Notes: generated from the sequence alone by a model not told the origin. DNA of 55,341 bases from Dehalococcoidia bacterium (GCA_041674885.1 JBAYUZ010000002.1:1-55341), one strand, 5' to 3'; shown: positions 24,893 to 34,306, numbered from the stretch's first letter. Made by a program: numbers and translations.

Positions 24893-25455
24893 GGTGCGTG
24901 ATTCTCGCGATTGATCCGGGGAAGCGCGCGGGCTGGTGCATTCAAGCACCGCCCTGCGCGAACTCGCCGGACCGCTTCGTGACCTCTGGCGCTGTCGAGA
25001 CGCACGCCGATCGCTGCGCCGTGATTGGCATGGCGCGCTCGATCGCGGAGGTTCGCGCTCTGCCGCTCGTCGTCGTCGCCGAGTCGCACACGCGCTTCGG
25101 GAAGTGGGGCCGCGCAGCAGCCGCCGGCACCGCGTCGACGTGGGGCCACTGGCAAGTCGCAATCGAAGAAGCGCACCTCGACGCACTGCCGCGACTCGGC
25201 CGAGCGAAGGGATTCTCGGGTGTCGTTCGCGTCCCCGCCGAGAAGTGGTATCGCGCCGTCGTCGGTAACTCGCGCGGATGGAAGCAAGACGGGCGCGAGA
25301 CGAAGCTGCAGCGCGTGATGCTGCGCGCCGGAATCAATGACCCCGACGCGGCCTGCGCGAAGCTGATCGCGGAGTGGGCGTCGAAGGCGGAGGCGGTGCG
25401 CAAGGTGTTGCCGGTAGCGTTCATGGTGGCGACGAGCGAAGGAGCGAAGCGATGA
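24889..25455 (+). CDS. RuvC-like Holliday-junction resolvase (RNase H fold)
   Basis: ORF track 188 aa; MRCVILAIDPGKRAGW N-terminal catalytic-Asp strand, VVVAESH second acidic motif. Confidence 0.55.
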   Translation: MRCVILAIDPGKRAGWCIQAPPCANSPDRFVTSGAVETHADRCAVIGMARSIAEVRALPLVVVAESHTRFGKWGRAAAAGTASTWGHWQVAIEEAHLDALPRLGRAKGFSGVVRVPAEKWYRAVVGNSRGWKQDGRETKLQRVMLRAGINDPDAACAKLIAEWASKAEAVRKVLPVAFMVATSEGAKR

Positions 25456-26345
25456 CGAATCAAGCGAGCGAACCCGAGCGCGTGACGGTCAAGGATCTGC
25501 GGGTGGGGGATCGGTTCCGGTGGCGCGGGGGCATCCGTGAGATGACGCTGACTGCGATCGGTCGCGCGCGAAACCCCGACGGCGACGAGTGGCCCGTGTC
25601 GGATACCAGTCCCGTCGAAGTCATCTCCCGCGCCGACCAGTTCGCCAGCGGGGTGAAGGCGGCGGGGGTGGCGTTCGGGCGCGCGCTGTCTGCGTCGGTG
25701 CCGCAGCCTGACGGGTCGTCGCGCGTGCTCGTGCAGGTCGGCGTGCCGCTCGGCTTTCACGAGACGCAGCAGGCCGCCGCACGTGAGATCGGAAAGATGC
25801 TCGCGGTTCAGGAGGGCGGCGGCTGGTGCCTCGCGTGCGGGGATCTCGCGCCGATCGGCCAGTCGCTGTGCCGTCGCTGCCCGGCGCCGATGGTTCCGCT
25901 GGCGATCAAGCTGCTGCCGCCACCGCCAGCAAGCGACGCGTATGCCGCGATGCTCGATGCGCTCCGGGAACTCTCGACCAACGCGCACGCGAAGTTCACG
26001 GCCGACCCCGAGACCGCCCCGCGCTGCCCATCCATGCACTGCGACCGGCCAGTCAAGCGGCTGGAGAGCGGCACGTGGTGGTGCGCGTCGTGTAGCTGGC
26101 ACGGCGCATCGCTGACGGCGCCTCCGGCTGCGGCGAAGTTCAGCGCTGGCCAGTGGGTGCGCGACATCGCAAAGGGCACCGTTGCTCAGGTGATGCGCGT
26201 TCGCGTCGGGTCGCCGCTTCCGTACACGATCGTCAACCGCGACGAGAGTGCGAGTGTGGAGCGTGCAGAGTCGCAACTTGAAGCAACGGAGCGCCCCCGA
26301 GATGACGAGTGGCGGACGCTGCCGATCAAGGCGTCGGTGTACTGA
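25452..26345 (+). CDS. hypothetical protein with CxxC zinc-ribbon motifs (297 aa)
   Basis: ATGA overlap; CLACG...CRRC and CPSMHC...CASCSW. Confidence 0.65.
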   Translation: MTNQASEPERVTVKDLRVGDRFRWRGGIREMTLTAIGRARNPDGDEWPVSDTSPVEVISRADQFASGVKAAGVAFGRALSASVPQPDGSSRVLVQVGVPLGFHETQQAAAREIGKMLAVQEGGGWCLACGDLAPIGQSLCRRCPAPMVPLAIKLLPPPPASDAYAAMLDALRELSTNAHAKFTADPETAPRCPSMHCDRPVKRLESGTWWCASCSWHGASLTAPPAAAKFSAGQWVRDIAKGTVAQVMRVRVGSPLPYTIVNRDESASVERAESQLEATERPRDDEWRTLPIKASVY

Positions 26346-26641
26346 TGAAACCCCACCGCGTGCAGATCATGCAAGTCGTGCTGCTCGAGATCGGCGTCCT
26401 AGCCGAGAACGAAAGCGACGCACTCGACCGCGCCGCCAAGCACGGCACGCAGCGCCACCGCCTCGTGCTCGACGCCACCGAGTCGATCGGCTTCCCGCCG
26501 CTGGAGTGGGCCGAGTTCGTCGAGCAGCAGCGCGCCGAGATGGCACGGCGCGATGCGATCGTCGCGGAGTACGACGCGGCGGCGGAACGACTGGCGAGCG
26601 TGGGGCTGGCGCGCGAGGCTGCCGGAAGGAAACGCACATGA
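26345..26641 (+). CDS. hypothetical protein (98 aa)
   Basis: TGATG junction; MKPHRVQIMQVVLLEIGVLAENESDALD... Confidence 0.55.
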   Translation: MKPHRVQIMQVVLLEIGVLAENESDALDRAAKHGTQRHRLVLDATESIGFPPLEWAEFVEQQRAEMARRDAIVAEYDAAAERLASVGLAREAAGRKRT

Positions 26642-26955
26642 CCAGCAGCGCGAATGACCCGGCGATCGTCGCAGCCATCGAAGCGCTGGAGCTCGACGAG
26701 ACGCTCGGCAGCGATCACGCGCGGGCGGATCTGTTCGCTGCGATCGACGCCTACGCAAAGAGGATCGCGACCGGCGTGATGCTCATCAAGGCGACGATGA
26801 CGCCCGAGGAGCGGGACGCTGCGGTCGGCAAGCTGCGAGCACTCGCGGCCAGCGCGTCGAACATCGTCGCCGCGGACGAACACGGCACCGGTGACGGCAG
26901 CGCGAATCCGTGCCAGGCTCAAGGCGGGACGGGAGGGCGTAGGCATGATCCCTGA
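26638..26955 (+). CDS. hypothetical protein (105 aa)
   Basis: ATGA overlap; MTSSANDPAIVAAIEALELDETLG... Confidence 0.55.
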   Translation: MTSSANDPAIVAAIEALELDETLGSDHARADLFAAIDAYAKRIATGVMLIKATMTPEERDAAVGKLRALAASASNIVAADEHGTGDGSANPCQAQGGTGGRRHDP

Positions 26956-27009
26956 TCAGGTGATCTACACGCGCGCCGGGGGTATTTCGTTGCGTGCTAG
27001 GGTACGTGG

Positions 27010-27489
27010 ATGACTGCGATCGTCGTCAGGACAGGGCGGCCAACGTCGTGCACGCCTGAGCGGCTCGAGGCGGTCGTCAAGCGCATCGACAAGGCCGCGC
27101 CCATCAAGCTGGCGTGCGAGGCGGAGGGCGTGCCCCGGCAGACGCTCGAGCTCTGGACGTCACGGGCAGAGGCGGGAGAGGAGCCGTACGCCACCTTCCT
27201 GGCAGAGGTCACACGCGCGCGCGCCCGTTACCTCGCGGGGCGCTGTGAGAAGATCTCCGATGCCGGCGACGAACTCGGCTCGGACGGCGACTGGAAGGCG
27301 AACCAGTTCCTCGTCGAGCGCGGCTTGCCCGAGGAGTTCGCGCCGTCGCTGGTACTGCTCGAGAAGGCACAGGACACCGTGATCGACGCCCTCGTCGCCG
27401 CTCTCCGCGATCGCCTCTCGCCGGCAGCGTGGGCCGAGGTCGCGCCGATCCTCGGGCAGCCGGTCCCGGCCGAAGAGCTGAGCGAGTAG
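27010..27489 (+). CDS. terS: terminase small subunit (putative)
   Basis: ORF track 159 aa; HTH-like N-terminus (GRPTSCTPERLEAVVKRI...EGVPRQTLELW); immediately upstream of terL. Confidence 0.55.
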   Translation: MTAIVVRTGRPTSCTPERLEAVVKRIDKAAPIKLACEAEGVPRQTLELWTSRAEAGEEPYATFLAEVTRARARYLAGRCEKISDAGDELGSDGDWKANQFLVERGLPEEFAPSLVLLEKAQDTVIDALVAALRDRLSPAAWAEVAPILGQPVPAEELSE

Positions 27490-27496
27490 GCGCGCT

Positions 27497-29086
27497 GTGG
27501 CGTGGGGCGGACACGTCAGCGACAAGATCCGCGGCAAGCGCCGGGCATCGATCCTCGAGCGCGTCGCGGTGAGGGTGCAGGCGATCGAGGTGGCGCACCC
27601 AAGCGACGACGCCCCCACCGCGATCTCCCTCGCCCCCTACCAACGCCGCTTCGTCGCCGACCCCTCGCGCTTCCGCAGCATCGTGAAGGCACGTCGCTGT
27701 GGCGGCTCCTTCGCTGCGGCCGACTCCGCGGCGCTCCGCATCCTCGGCCTGCGCATGACGCTCGACGGCACCATCGAGCGCGACCCCGAGAGCGGCGGCG
27801 TTCCGCAGCGCTTCATCTCGCACTCGGAGGAGGGAGCGCAGGAGTTGCTGGCGGAGACGCACGGGCTCGCCGAGCGACTCGCCGCCGAGCACCGCCCCGA
27901 CGTGAAGGTCGGTGAGCTCGCCGCGACGCACTTCGAGACCAGCAACGGGCACGACGCATCGGCGCACGCCGGTGACGGTCGCACAGCTCGAGGTCGCGCT
28001 GGCGACGTGACGCTCGACGAGTTCGCCTACGCGCGCGATCCGGTGAAGCTGTGGACCGCGGTCAAGAGCATCTCGGACAAGACGCTGGGGCGACCGGCCG
28101 GCTACCGCGTCACGGTGGTCACGACGCCGTTTATTGCCGACTCGCTGCCGCAGTCGGTGTGCGTGGCGCCCGTGCGCAGCAAGCGCAGGTTGCCCGACGG
28201 CACCGAGCGCGAGGATACCGAGGACACGTACGACGATCGCTTCGCGCACTTCTCGCGCTACTCATGGCCACTGTCCTACGTCGTGACGCAAGGCTTCCCG
28301 CAGTCGATGACGCCGGCCGAGCAACGCGCCTACGTCGAGCAGATGCGCCTGGAACTCGGCGACGACGATGCCTTCGAGACTGAGTACGAGGGCGTGTGGT
28401 TGTCCGCGGCGGAGATGTTCCTCGAGCGCGAGTTACTGAACCGCGCCCGCTACGACGCGACGGACATGCCCGACGTCATCCTGCGCGAAGTCGGCGGCGT
28501 CGACATTGCGCGGAAGGGAAAGCACCTCACCGCGATCGCCCGCATCCGAGTCGCACGCGACTACCGGGGCCGGCTCATCATGTACGCGTTGCCCGTCGAC
28601 ACGCTGCGCGGCGTGGACTTCGCGACGCAAGAGGAAGCGTTCGCGGGCATCATCGATCGCGGCTGCGTCCACCTCGCCATCGACGAGACCGGGATCGGCA
28701 TGGCGCCAGCGGAGGCGCTCGCTCGTCGCTTCCCCGGCAAGATCACGCGCGTCACGTTCACGCAGGCGAGCAAGGAAGATCTCGCGTCGAACCTCCGCCT
28801 CGCGCTCGAGGAGGGCCGGCTGCTGCTGCCGCACTCACCCGAGCTGCTGCGCGACCTTGCATCGCTGCGCCGCATCGCGCAGCCCGGTGGCGGCTTCCGC
28901 TACGACGCCAGCGACAAGGGCGGCTCGCACGCAGACCGCGCATGGGCACTCGCGCTCGCGGTGTCCGTGGCGATGCGCGACGACTCGGGGCCACTCGTCC
29001 ACAGCGGCACCCCGCGTCAGGCGCCGCGCGTCACGACCGGGTGGGGTGAGGGGCTGGGGCGGGGAAAGAGCATTTGGGGGAAGTGA
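27497..29086 (+). CDS. terL: terminase large subunit
   Basis: ORF track 529 aa; Walker-A-like KARRCGGSF after PYQRRF; C-terminal RNase-H-like part (VHLAIDETGIG...SHADRAWALALA); upstream of the portal gene. Confidence 0.8.
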   Translation: MAWGGHVSDKIRGKRRASILERVAVRVQAIEVAHPSDDAPTAISLAPYQRRFVADPSRFRSIVKARRCGGSFAAADSAALRILGLRMTLDGTIERDPESGGVPQRFISHSEEGAQELLAETHGLAERLAAEHRPDVKVGELAATHFETSNGHDASAHAGDGRTARGRAGDVTLDEFAYARDPVKLWTAVKSISDKTLGRPAGYRVTVVTTPFIADSLPQSVCVAPVRSKRRLPDGTEREDTEDTYDDRFAHFSRYSWPLSYVVTQGFPQSMTPAEQRAYVEQMRLELGDDDAFETEYEGVWLSAAEMFLERELLNRARYDATDMPDVILREVGGVDIARKGKHLTAIARIRVARDYRGRLIMYALPVDTLRGVDFATQEEAFAGIIDRGCVHLAIDETGIGMAPAEALARRFPGKITRVTFTQASKEDLASNLRLALEEGRLLLPHSPELLRDLASLRRIAQPGGGFRYDASDKGGSHADRAWALALAVSVAMRDDSGPLVHSGTPRQAPRVTTGWGEGLGRGKSIWGK

Positions 29087-29119
29087 CACCACCCCCGCCA
29101 TCGGCTACGCTCCGCCTCG

Positions 29120-29362
29120 ATGGCCCCCGACGCGCCTCCGCCCTCCGCTGACTACGCACCCAAGCCACCGAAGCGCGAGGGCTTCGCTGCGCTGCCACGT
29201 CACGAGCGGCGGCGGCTCGAAGCGCTGCAGCGGAAGCATCGGAACGCGGAGGCGAAGCGACGGCGGGAGGCGCCGGTCCAGCGACCCGCGGCGCCCGTGC
29301 TCATGCTCGCCGACCAACGCGACGCCGAGCCGTGGTCTGACGAAGAGAGCGCGCAGCCGTGA
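29120..29362 (+). CDS. hypothetical basic protein (80 aa)
   Basis: ORF track; lies between terL and the portal gene; GTGA overlap with the portal start. Confidence 0.45.
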   Translation: MAPDAPPPSADYAPKPPKREGFAALPRHERRRLEALQRKHRNAEAKRRREAPVQRPAAPVLMLADQRDAEPWSDEESAQP

Positions 29363-30861
29363 GCAAGCGCCGCCAACGCGCCCACGCTCGCGCCGTCGCC
29401 CGCAGCACCACGCTCGTCGCGGCGCCACCGTCCACGGCACTCGCGGCGATGGCGCCGGAGCCCGCGCGAGAGGCGCCGCACCCGATGCACATCAGCGTCC
29501 GCCCGCGCACGCCAGAGACCGGACGACTCGCGAAGCCGCGCGACCTCTACTCGATCCCCGGTCGCATGGGCGTCACGCCGGAGCGCCTCTCGACGTGCCT
29601 GCGCGAGCTCGACCAGGGTCGATACGAAGCCTTCGCCGACACGATGACGCAGATGCAGGTCTCCGACCCCGTCGTGCGTCGCGCCGTCGACATCCGCAGC
29701 GGCGCCGTTGCCGGTCGGCCCTTCGAGTGCGCGGCACCGCCGAAGGTGGACCCGATCATGCGAGGCGCCGCCGACGATCTCGCGGGCATGGTGCAGCAGT
29801 GGCTCAACGGGCTCGACGCGCCGCACGCGTTCTTCATGCGCGTGCTCAGCGCCATCTACTACGGCATCAGCGCGCACGAGCTGCTGTGGAGCAAGCGCGG
29901 CGGGCTGTGGCTGCCTGAGCCGGCACCGATCATGACGCGCGAGTTGCGCCACGATCGCGACTGGTCCGTGAGCGTGCGCAACCGCGACTACGAGTGGATC
30001 AACACGCGCGCGCATCCGGGTCGCTTCCTCCTGCACTCGCCATACACGATCCCCGCGCGGCCGGTCGATCAAGGCGCCTTCCTCGCGACCATGTTCTATT
30101 GGCTCTTCAAGCGCGGCGGTATTCAGTTCTGGATGAGCGGCGCCGAGCGCTTCGGCAATCCGCTCGCGCTCGCGAAGATGGCGATCGGCGCCGACATCGC
30201 GCAGAAGCTCGAGACACTCGCCGACCTACAGCAACTCACCGCTGATTCGGTGGGCGTCGTGTCGGGCACCAGCGACATTCAGATCGTCGAGCCAAAGGCG
30301 GCCGGTTCCACGAGCGTGTGGGAGACGCTCGTGTCGATGCTGGACACGCAGATCTTCCTGTCAATCGGCGTGTCGCCCGATCTCATCCTCACCGGCCCGA
30401 ACGGCTCGCGCGCATCGACCGATTCGCGCAAGGGCATCATGGTCGAAGGGACCAAGCTCGACGCGTCGATGATGTGGGGGTCGATCGTCCGCGACGTCGT
30501 GACGTGGATCGCCTACTACAACATGCGGCGCTCTGACGTGCCGTTCCCGATCATCAAGAGCCTCTTCGACGACGCGCCGGCCGTGACGCGCGACGCGATC
30601 GAAGTCGGCGCCGTCACGAAGAACGATGTACGTCGCGGCATCGGGCTCGAGGTGTGGACGGCGGACCAAGGCGGCGAAGACATCGCCGCGCTCCCCGTCG
30701 CGCCCGCCGGCCCCGGTGGCTTCTCCGCAGCCGTACCCGCCATCCCACTCGCCGCCGAACCATCGCCCGGAGGTGCGCCCGCGGCGGCCCCTTTCCCGAT
30801 CTCGTCGGAGACGGTGCCGAGCGCGACACGGGGGATCTTCTCGCGGTCGCCGACCCGGTAA
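29359..30861 (+). CDS. portal protein (Mu gp29-like)
   Basis: ORF track 500 aa; position between terL and the Mu-F-like gene; size and composition typical of portals. Confidence 0.75.
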   Translation: MSKRRQRAHARAVARSTTLVAAPPSTALAAMAPEPAREAPHPMHISVRPRTPETGRLAKPRDLYSIPGRMGVTPERLSTCLRELDQGRYEAFADTMTQMQVSDPVVRRAVDIRSGAVAGRPFECAAPPKVDPIMRGAADDLAGMVQQWLNGLDAPHAFFMRVLSAIYYGISAHELLWSKRGGLWLPEPAPIMTRELRHDRDWSVSVRNRDYEWINTRAHPGRFLLHSPYTIPARPVDQGAFLATMFYWLFKRGGIQFWMSGAERFGNPLALAKMAIGADIAQKLETLADLQQLTADSVGVVSGTSDIQIVEPKAAGSTSVWETLVSMLDTQIFLSIGVSPDLILTGPNGSRASTDSRKGIMVEGTKLDASMMWGSIVRDVVTWIAYYNMRRSDVPFPIIKSLFDDAPAVTRDAIEVGAVTKNDVRRGIGLEVWTADQGGEDIAALPVAPAGPGGFSAAVPAIPLAAEPSPGGAPAAAPFPISSETVPSATRGIFSRSPTR

Positions 30862-31757
30862 CGCGCGAGCGCATCAAGCGCGCGATCGGGCAGCCGTACG
30901 AGCTCGCGACGCGGGCGACGCTGGCCGGTGTCACTGCGTGGGCGCCGGTGCGTGAGGCGATCATCGCTGCGGCGACAAGAGGCCCCGATGCCGTGCGCGC
31001 CGCAATCGACGCGATGCGAACCGAAGCCGCCGACGTCGAGCGGCTCGCCTTCGAGTCCGCCGTGATGGGCGACTTGGCGGGCCAGATGTTCGTGCGTCTC
31101 GTCGAGGGCGGCGCACCACCGGAACCGATCGCGCTTGCCGTCGATCCCGACGCGTCGTTCCTCTCGCTGCCGTTCGACGAAGCGATCGACTGGTGGATCC
31201 GCAAGGGCGGCTCGCGCTCGACGCTCGACGAGGTGCTGCGCGCGTGGCGGAAGCGGAGCGCGCTCGCGGCGTCCATGCAGTTCGACACCGTGAGCCAGTC
31301 GGCGATCGCGGCCATCGAAAAGACGCTGGCGGAAGGCGGCACGCTGCGCGACTTCCAGCGCGCGATGGAGACCGAGGCGATCACGCTCGGCATCTCACCG
31401 GCCGGCGCGGGCTACCTCGAGAACGTCTACCGCACCAACGTGGCGACGGCGTACGGCGCGGGTCGCTTCGCGCAGCTGAACGATCCGGCGCTGCTGAGTG
31501 CGCGGCCGTACAGGCAGTGGCGGACGGCCGGCGATTCGCGCGTCAGAGCGGAGCACGCGGTCATGCGCGGCGTGACCTGGCGCGTCGGCAACCCGGCGTT
31601 CGAGGGCGTGGCGACTCCCGGATCTTGGCGGTGTCGTTGCGTGACGGTCAGCTACAGCCAGGCTGACGTCGACGAGGAGGGCATCGCGATCGCCGACGCG
31701 CCGCCGTCGGGGTTCTTCATCGAGCCCGGCTTCGGCGCCGCGGCATTCGCGAGGTGA
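30654..31757 (+). CDS. Mu-F-like (SPP1 gp7 family) head morphogenesis protein; start uncertain
   Basis: YRQWRTAGDSRVRAEHAVMRGV motif; the first ~65 codons overlap the portal and look non-coding; next in-frame canonical start is the GTG at 30948. Confidence 0.7.
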   Translation: MDGGPRRRRHRRAPRRARRPRWLLRSRTRHPTRRRTIARRCARGGPFPDLVGDGAERDTGDLLAVADPVTRERIKRAIGQPYELATRATLAGVTAWAPVREAIIAAATRGPDAVRAAIDAMRTEAADVERLAFESAVMGDLAGQMFVRLVEGGAPPEPIALAVDPDASFLSLPFDEAIDWWIRKGGSRSTLDEVLRAWRKRSALAASMQFDTVSQSAIAAIEKTLAEGGTLRDFQRAMETEAITLGISPAGAGYLENVYRTNVATAYGAGRFAQLNDPALLSARPYRQWRTAGDSRVRAEHAVMRGVTWRVGNPAFEGVATPGSWRCRCVTVSYSQADVDEEGIAIADAPPSGFFIEPGFGAAAFAR

Positions 31758-31760
31758 CCC

Positions 31761-32009
31761 ATGTCCGATGAACCGCTCAAACTCTCTCTCGTCCCGACGC
31801 TCCACGATGGCCAGCGCAAGGACATTGCCGACCAACTGCGATGGCTCGCCGACATGATCGAGTCGAAGTCGTCGCCACCGACCGGGCTCGCCGTCGCGCT
31901 CACCTTCGCCGATGGCGCGAACGGCACGTACCACCGCGGCCCCGTCGTCCCGCTGCTGGGCGCGATGTGCGTGCTGCGCGTGCGCCTCGAGCAGACCATC
32001 GAAGACTGA
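31761..32009 (+). CDS. hypothetical protein (82 aa)
   Basis: ORF track; non-repetitive sequence. Confidence 0.6.
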   Translation: MSDEPLKLSLVPTLHDGQRKDIADQLRWLADMIESKSSPPTGLAVALTFADGANGTYHRGPVVPLLGAMCVLRVRLEQTIED

Positions 32010-32019
32010 GCGCGATGAC

Positions 32020-32131
32020 GGCTGCGGCTCGGTAGGTCGCGAGGCGCGACAAGGGCAAGGACGCTGCGGACGCCTCCCCGCACGCGCACCTACCCTATAG
32101 GCGGGTTCGACTCCCGCACCGGGCCGCAGCC
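32020..32131 (+). other. structured tRNA-like element in a convergent intergenic gap
   Basis: 9-bp closing helix GGCTGCGGC/GCCGCAGCC; inner helix GGTAGGT/ACCTACC; hairpin GTCGCG-AGG-CGCGAC; canonical T-arm GCGGG-TTCGACT-CCCGC (32101-32117). Confidence 0.35.
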
Positions 32132-32138
32132 TTGATCG

Positions 32139-32321
32139 CTACCGTCCAGTCGTGACGCGCGCCAGCGCCGCATTGCGGATGTACACCGCGACCGGCTCGA
32201 GCGCGTCAGCCGCAGCCGCCTCGATGCGCTCGCGTTCAGCCGGCGTGAGCGACACCGCCAGCGGACGGCGCAGCATCTCGGGCGGCAGGAACTTGCGGCC
32301 GCGCTTGGCGGGGGCGGTCAC
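32139..32321 (-). CDS. small RHH-like protein (60 aa), paralog of 1420..1614
   Basis: GTG in GTGA overlap; VTAPAKRGRKFLPPEMLRRPLAVSLTPAERERIEAAA; 5' 26 nt identical to the paralog. Confidence 0.55.
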   Translation of the reverse strand: MTAPAKRGRKFLPPEMLRRPLAVSLTPAERERIEAAAADALEPVAVYIRNAALARVTTGR

Positions 32322-32641
32322 GGCACACCGCACGACGCAAGCCACGCCAGGCGCGCAATCTCGGTATCGTCGACCGCGCAGAAATACCAGTCGAGCGCGT
32401 CGCTGCCAGCGTCGGTCAGCTCCAGGCTGAGGCTGTCCTGCTCGTCGAGCGGGTCGTAGCCCAGCGCCTCGCACGCACGCCTGGCTGCGCCGTAGTCTGC
32501 CGCCGCTGCATCGTAGGCGGCTCGTGCCGCAGCCTGGCCGGACGTCAGTCCAGCGGCCTTGATCTGACGCGCCACGCGACCGAGGCGCTTGCTGAGCGAC
32601 TCTCGCCCGGGCCGTGCTGCGTGCTCTGTTCGCGTCGCCAT
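32318..32641 (-). CDS. hypothetical protein (107 aa)
   Basis: Internal ATG (MATRTEHAARPGRESLSKRL...) of ORF 32318..32713; faces a low-GC divergent region. Confidence 0.55.
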   Translation of the reverse strand: MATRTEHAARPGRESLSKRLGRVARQIKAAGLTSGQAAARAAYDAAAADYGAARRACEALGYDPLDEQDSLSLELTDAGSDALDWYFCAVDDTEIARLAWLASCGVP

Positions 32642-32824
32642 GTTCCCATGTATTGCAAACGCGGTGCCATTCAAGAAACCCTTGCAAATACGCACTTCGC
32701 GCCACGTCGTCACACCGAAAACCGCGACATGCGAAACACTCGAAACACAAAGCGCGACACGTTGTCACGCGTGCGCGATTCCGTGCGCTTGCGTGCGGCT
32801 TCGTTCTAGGGCACCCTCGCCGGA
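32642..32824. promoter_or_regulatory. low-GC divergent promoter/operator region
   Basis: TTGCAA x2, tandem CGAAACAC-T-CGAAACAC, GCGACA x2, CTTGCGT 32788-32794, TAGGGC 32807-32812; no credible ORF. Confidence 0.45.
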
Positions 32825-34306
32825 ATGCATCCGCGCCACGATGTCACGGCCGACCGCGACGACACGTCACACGTGCAGGTCGTCGAGCGTGACGGCGTGG
32901 CGCAGTTGTTTGCGTTCGCGAAGCTGCCGCACGTGTCGGAGTCGGCTCCGCAGCGGTGGGTGCACGTCGCGCGCGAGGGCGTGTGGCGCGGGCATCAGAG
33001 CGGTGTCGAGATCGCGCTGACGCACGAGGTGCTGGCTGGCTTCGTCGCTCGGTTCGCGGCGACGAAGAACGCAACGGTCGGCACGTACGGCCATCCGCCT
33101 GGCGACGACTTCCCGGCGTCGCTGTGGATCCTCGACATGGAGCTGCGCGGCAGCGACCTGTGGGCGCTGTGCGAATTCACGCCGGACGCGGTGCAGGCGA
33201 TCAAGGGCGCGAAGTATCGCTACTGCTCGATCAAGTTCGCGCTCGAGAGCATCGACCGTGAGAGCGGCAAGCCGGCCGGCCCGGTCATCCAGCAACTCGG
33301 CCTGACGAACATTCCGTTCATCGACGGGCTGACACCGATCGCGCTTTCGACCCTCTCACTCGTCGGCGCGTCGGCGCCCCAGACACGGAGCCTCTCAGCC
33401 ATGGACCCAAAGAAGATCTATTCGATGCTCGCTTCCGCGCTCGGCATGGCGAAGGACGCGCCGCCCGATCAGCTCAAGACCGCCGTGGATGCGTTCCTCG
33501 CGCTCTACGCGGCCACCATCGGAAAGCCGCTCGCCGAGGTCGCGGCGCCGGCCGACGACACGGCGCTGTCGGCGCTCTGCGCGGCGGCGTCAGCCACCAA
33601 GTCGTTCTCGGCAAAGACGCGCACGATCCGCTTCGCCGAGGGCGACGCGATGCCTGGCATGGAAGAGGCACTTCCGGCCGACGCCAAGGCCGCAGCGAAG
33701 GCGATGATCGCGGACAAGTTGATGGAGGCGACCTCGCTCGACGAGACCGCGCTCCTCGCCGCCGTGGAGCAGAACCTCGATGCCATCGTCGCCGTGCTGA
33801 CCGCGGGGCCGAGCGGCACGGGGCTCTCGGCGAAGGACGCGACGATCGCGCTCTCGCTCGTGCAGAAGAGCAACGCGGCTCTCGGCGCGCGCGTCGTGGC
33901 GCTCTCCGCGAAGGTGACCGAGCTCGAGGCCGGCGACGTCGCTCGCGCGGCGAAGGTCAAGGCCGACGCCATCGAGGCGGAGTTCGTGCGCCTGCGCGAT
34001 GTGACGGGGCACCTCGTCGAAGCCGAGCGCGCCGAGTTCACGACGCTCGCGATGAGCGCTGGTCTCGACACGGCAACGAAGCTGTTCAGCCGCGGCCCCG
34101 CACCAGGCGGCGCCCCGCTCGCGGTCGGCCCCGCAGCACCGAAGGCCAAGGCGCCCGGCATCCCCTCCGATGCGCCGCTCGACGAAGCCGATCCGCAGGT
34201 GCGCATCTTCCGGCTCAGCGCCACCGGGCTCGGCCACAAGGGCGCCGACTCCGACGCATTCGTGCGCCGCGCACTCGCCATGAAGGCGACGACCCTGACC
34301 GCCTGA
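32825..34306 (+). CDS. head protease/scaffold protein (Mu gpI-like)
   Basis: ORF track 493 aa; globular N-terminal half plus Ala-rich coiled-coil C-terminal half; upstream of the capsid genes. Confidence 0.6.
   Translation: MHPRHDVTADRDDTSHVQVVERDGVAQLFAFAKLPHVSESAPQRWVHVAREGVWRGHQSGVEIALTHEVLAGFVARFAATKNATVGTYGHPPGDDFPASLWILDMELRGSDLWALCEFTPDAVQAIKGAKYRYCSIKFALESIDRESGKPAGPVIQQLGLTNIPFIDGLTPIALSTLSLVGASAPQTRSLSAMDPKKIYSMLASALGMAKDAPPDQLKTAVDAFLALYAATIGKPLAEVAAPADDTALSALCAAASATKSFSAKTRTIRFAEGDAMPGMEEALPADAKAAAKAMIADKLMEATSLDETALLAAVEQNLDAIVAVLTAGPSGTGLSAKDATIALSLVQKSNAALGARVVALSAKVTELEAGDVARAAKVKADAIEAEFVRLRDVTGHLVEAERAEFTTLAMSAGLDTATKLFSRGPAPGGAPLAVGPAAPKAKAPGIPSDAPLDEADPQVRIFRLSATGLGHKGADSDAFVRRALAMKATTLTA

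Noticed and set aside
32088-32131. The T-arm/acceptor-like segment as a phage attachment site (attP) derived from a host tRNA 3' end
   Set aside because: No integrase or recombinase gene is recognisable in the genome, so integration is unsupported. I kept it only as one alternative explanation in the findings.
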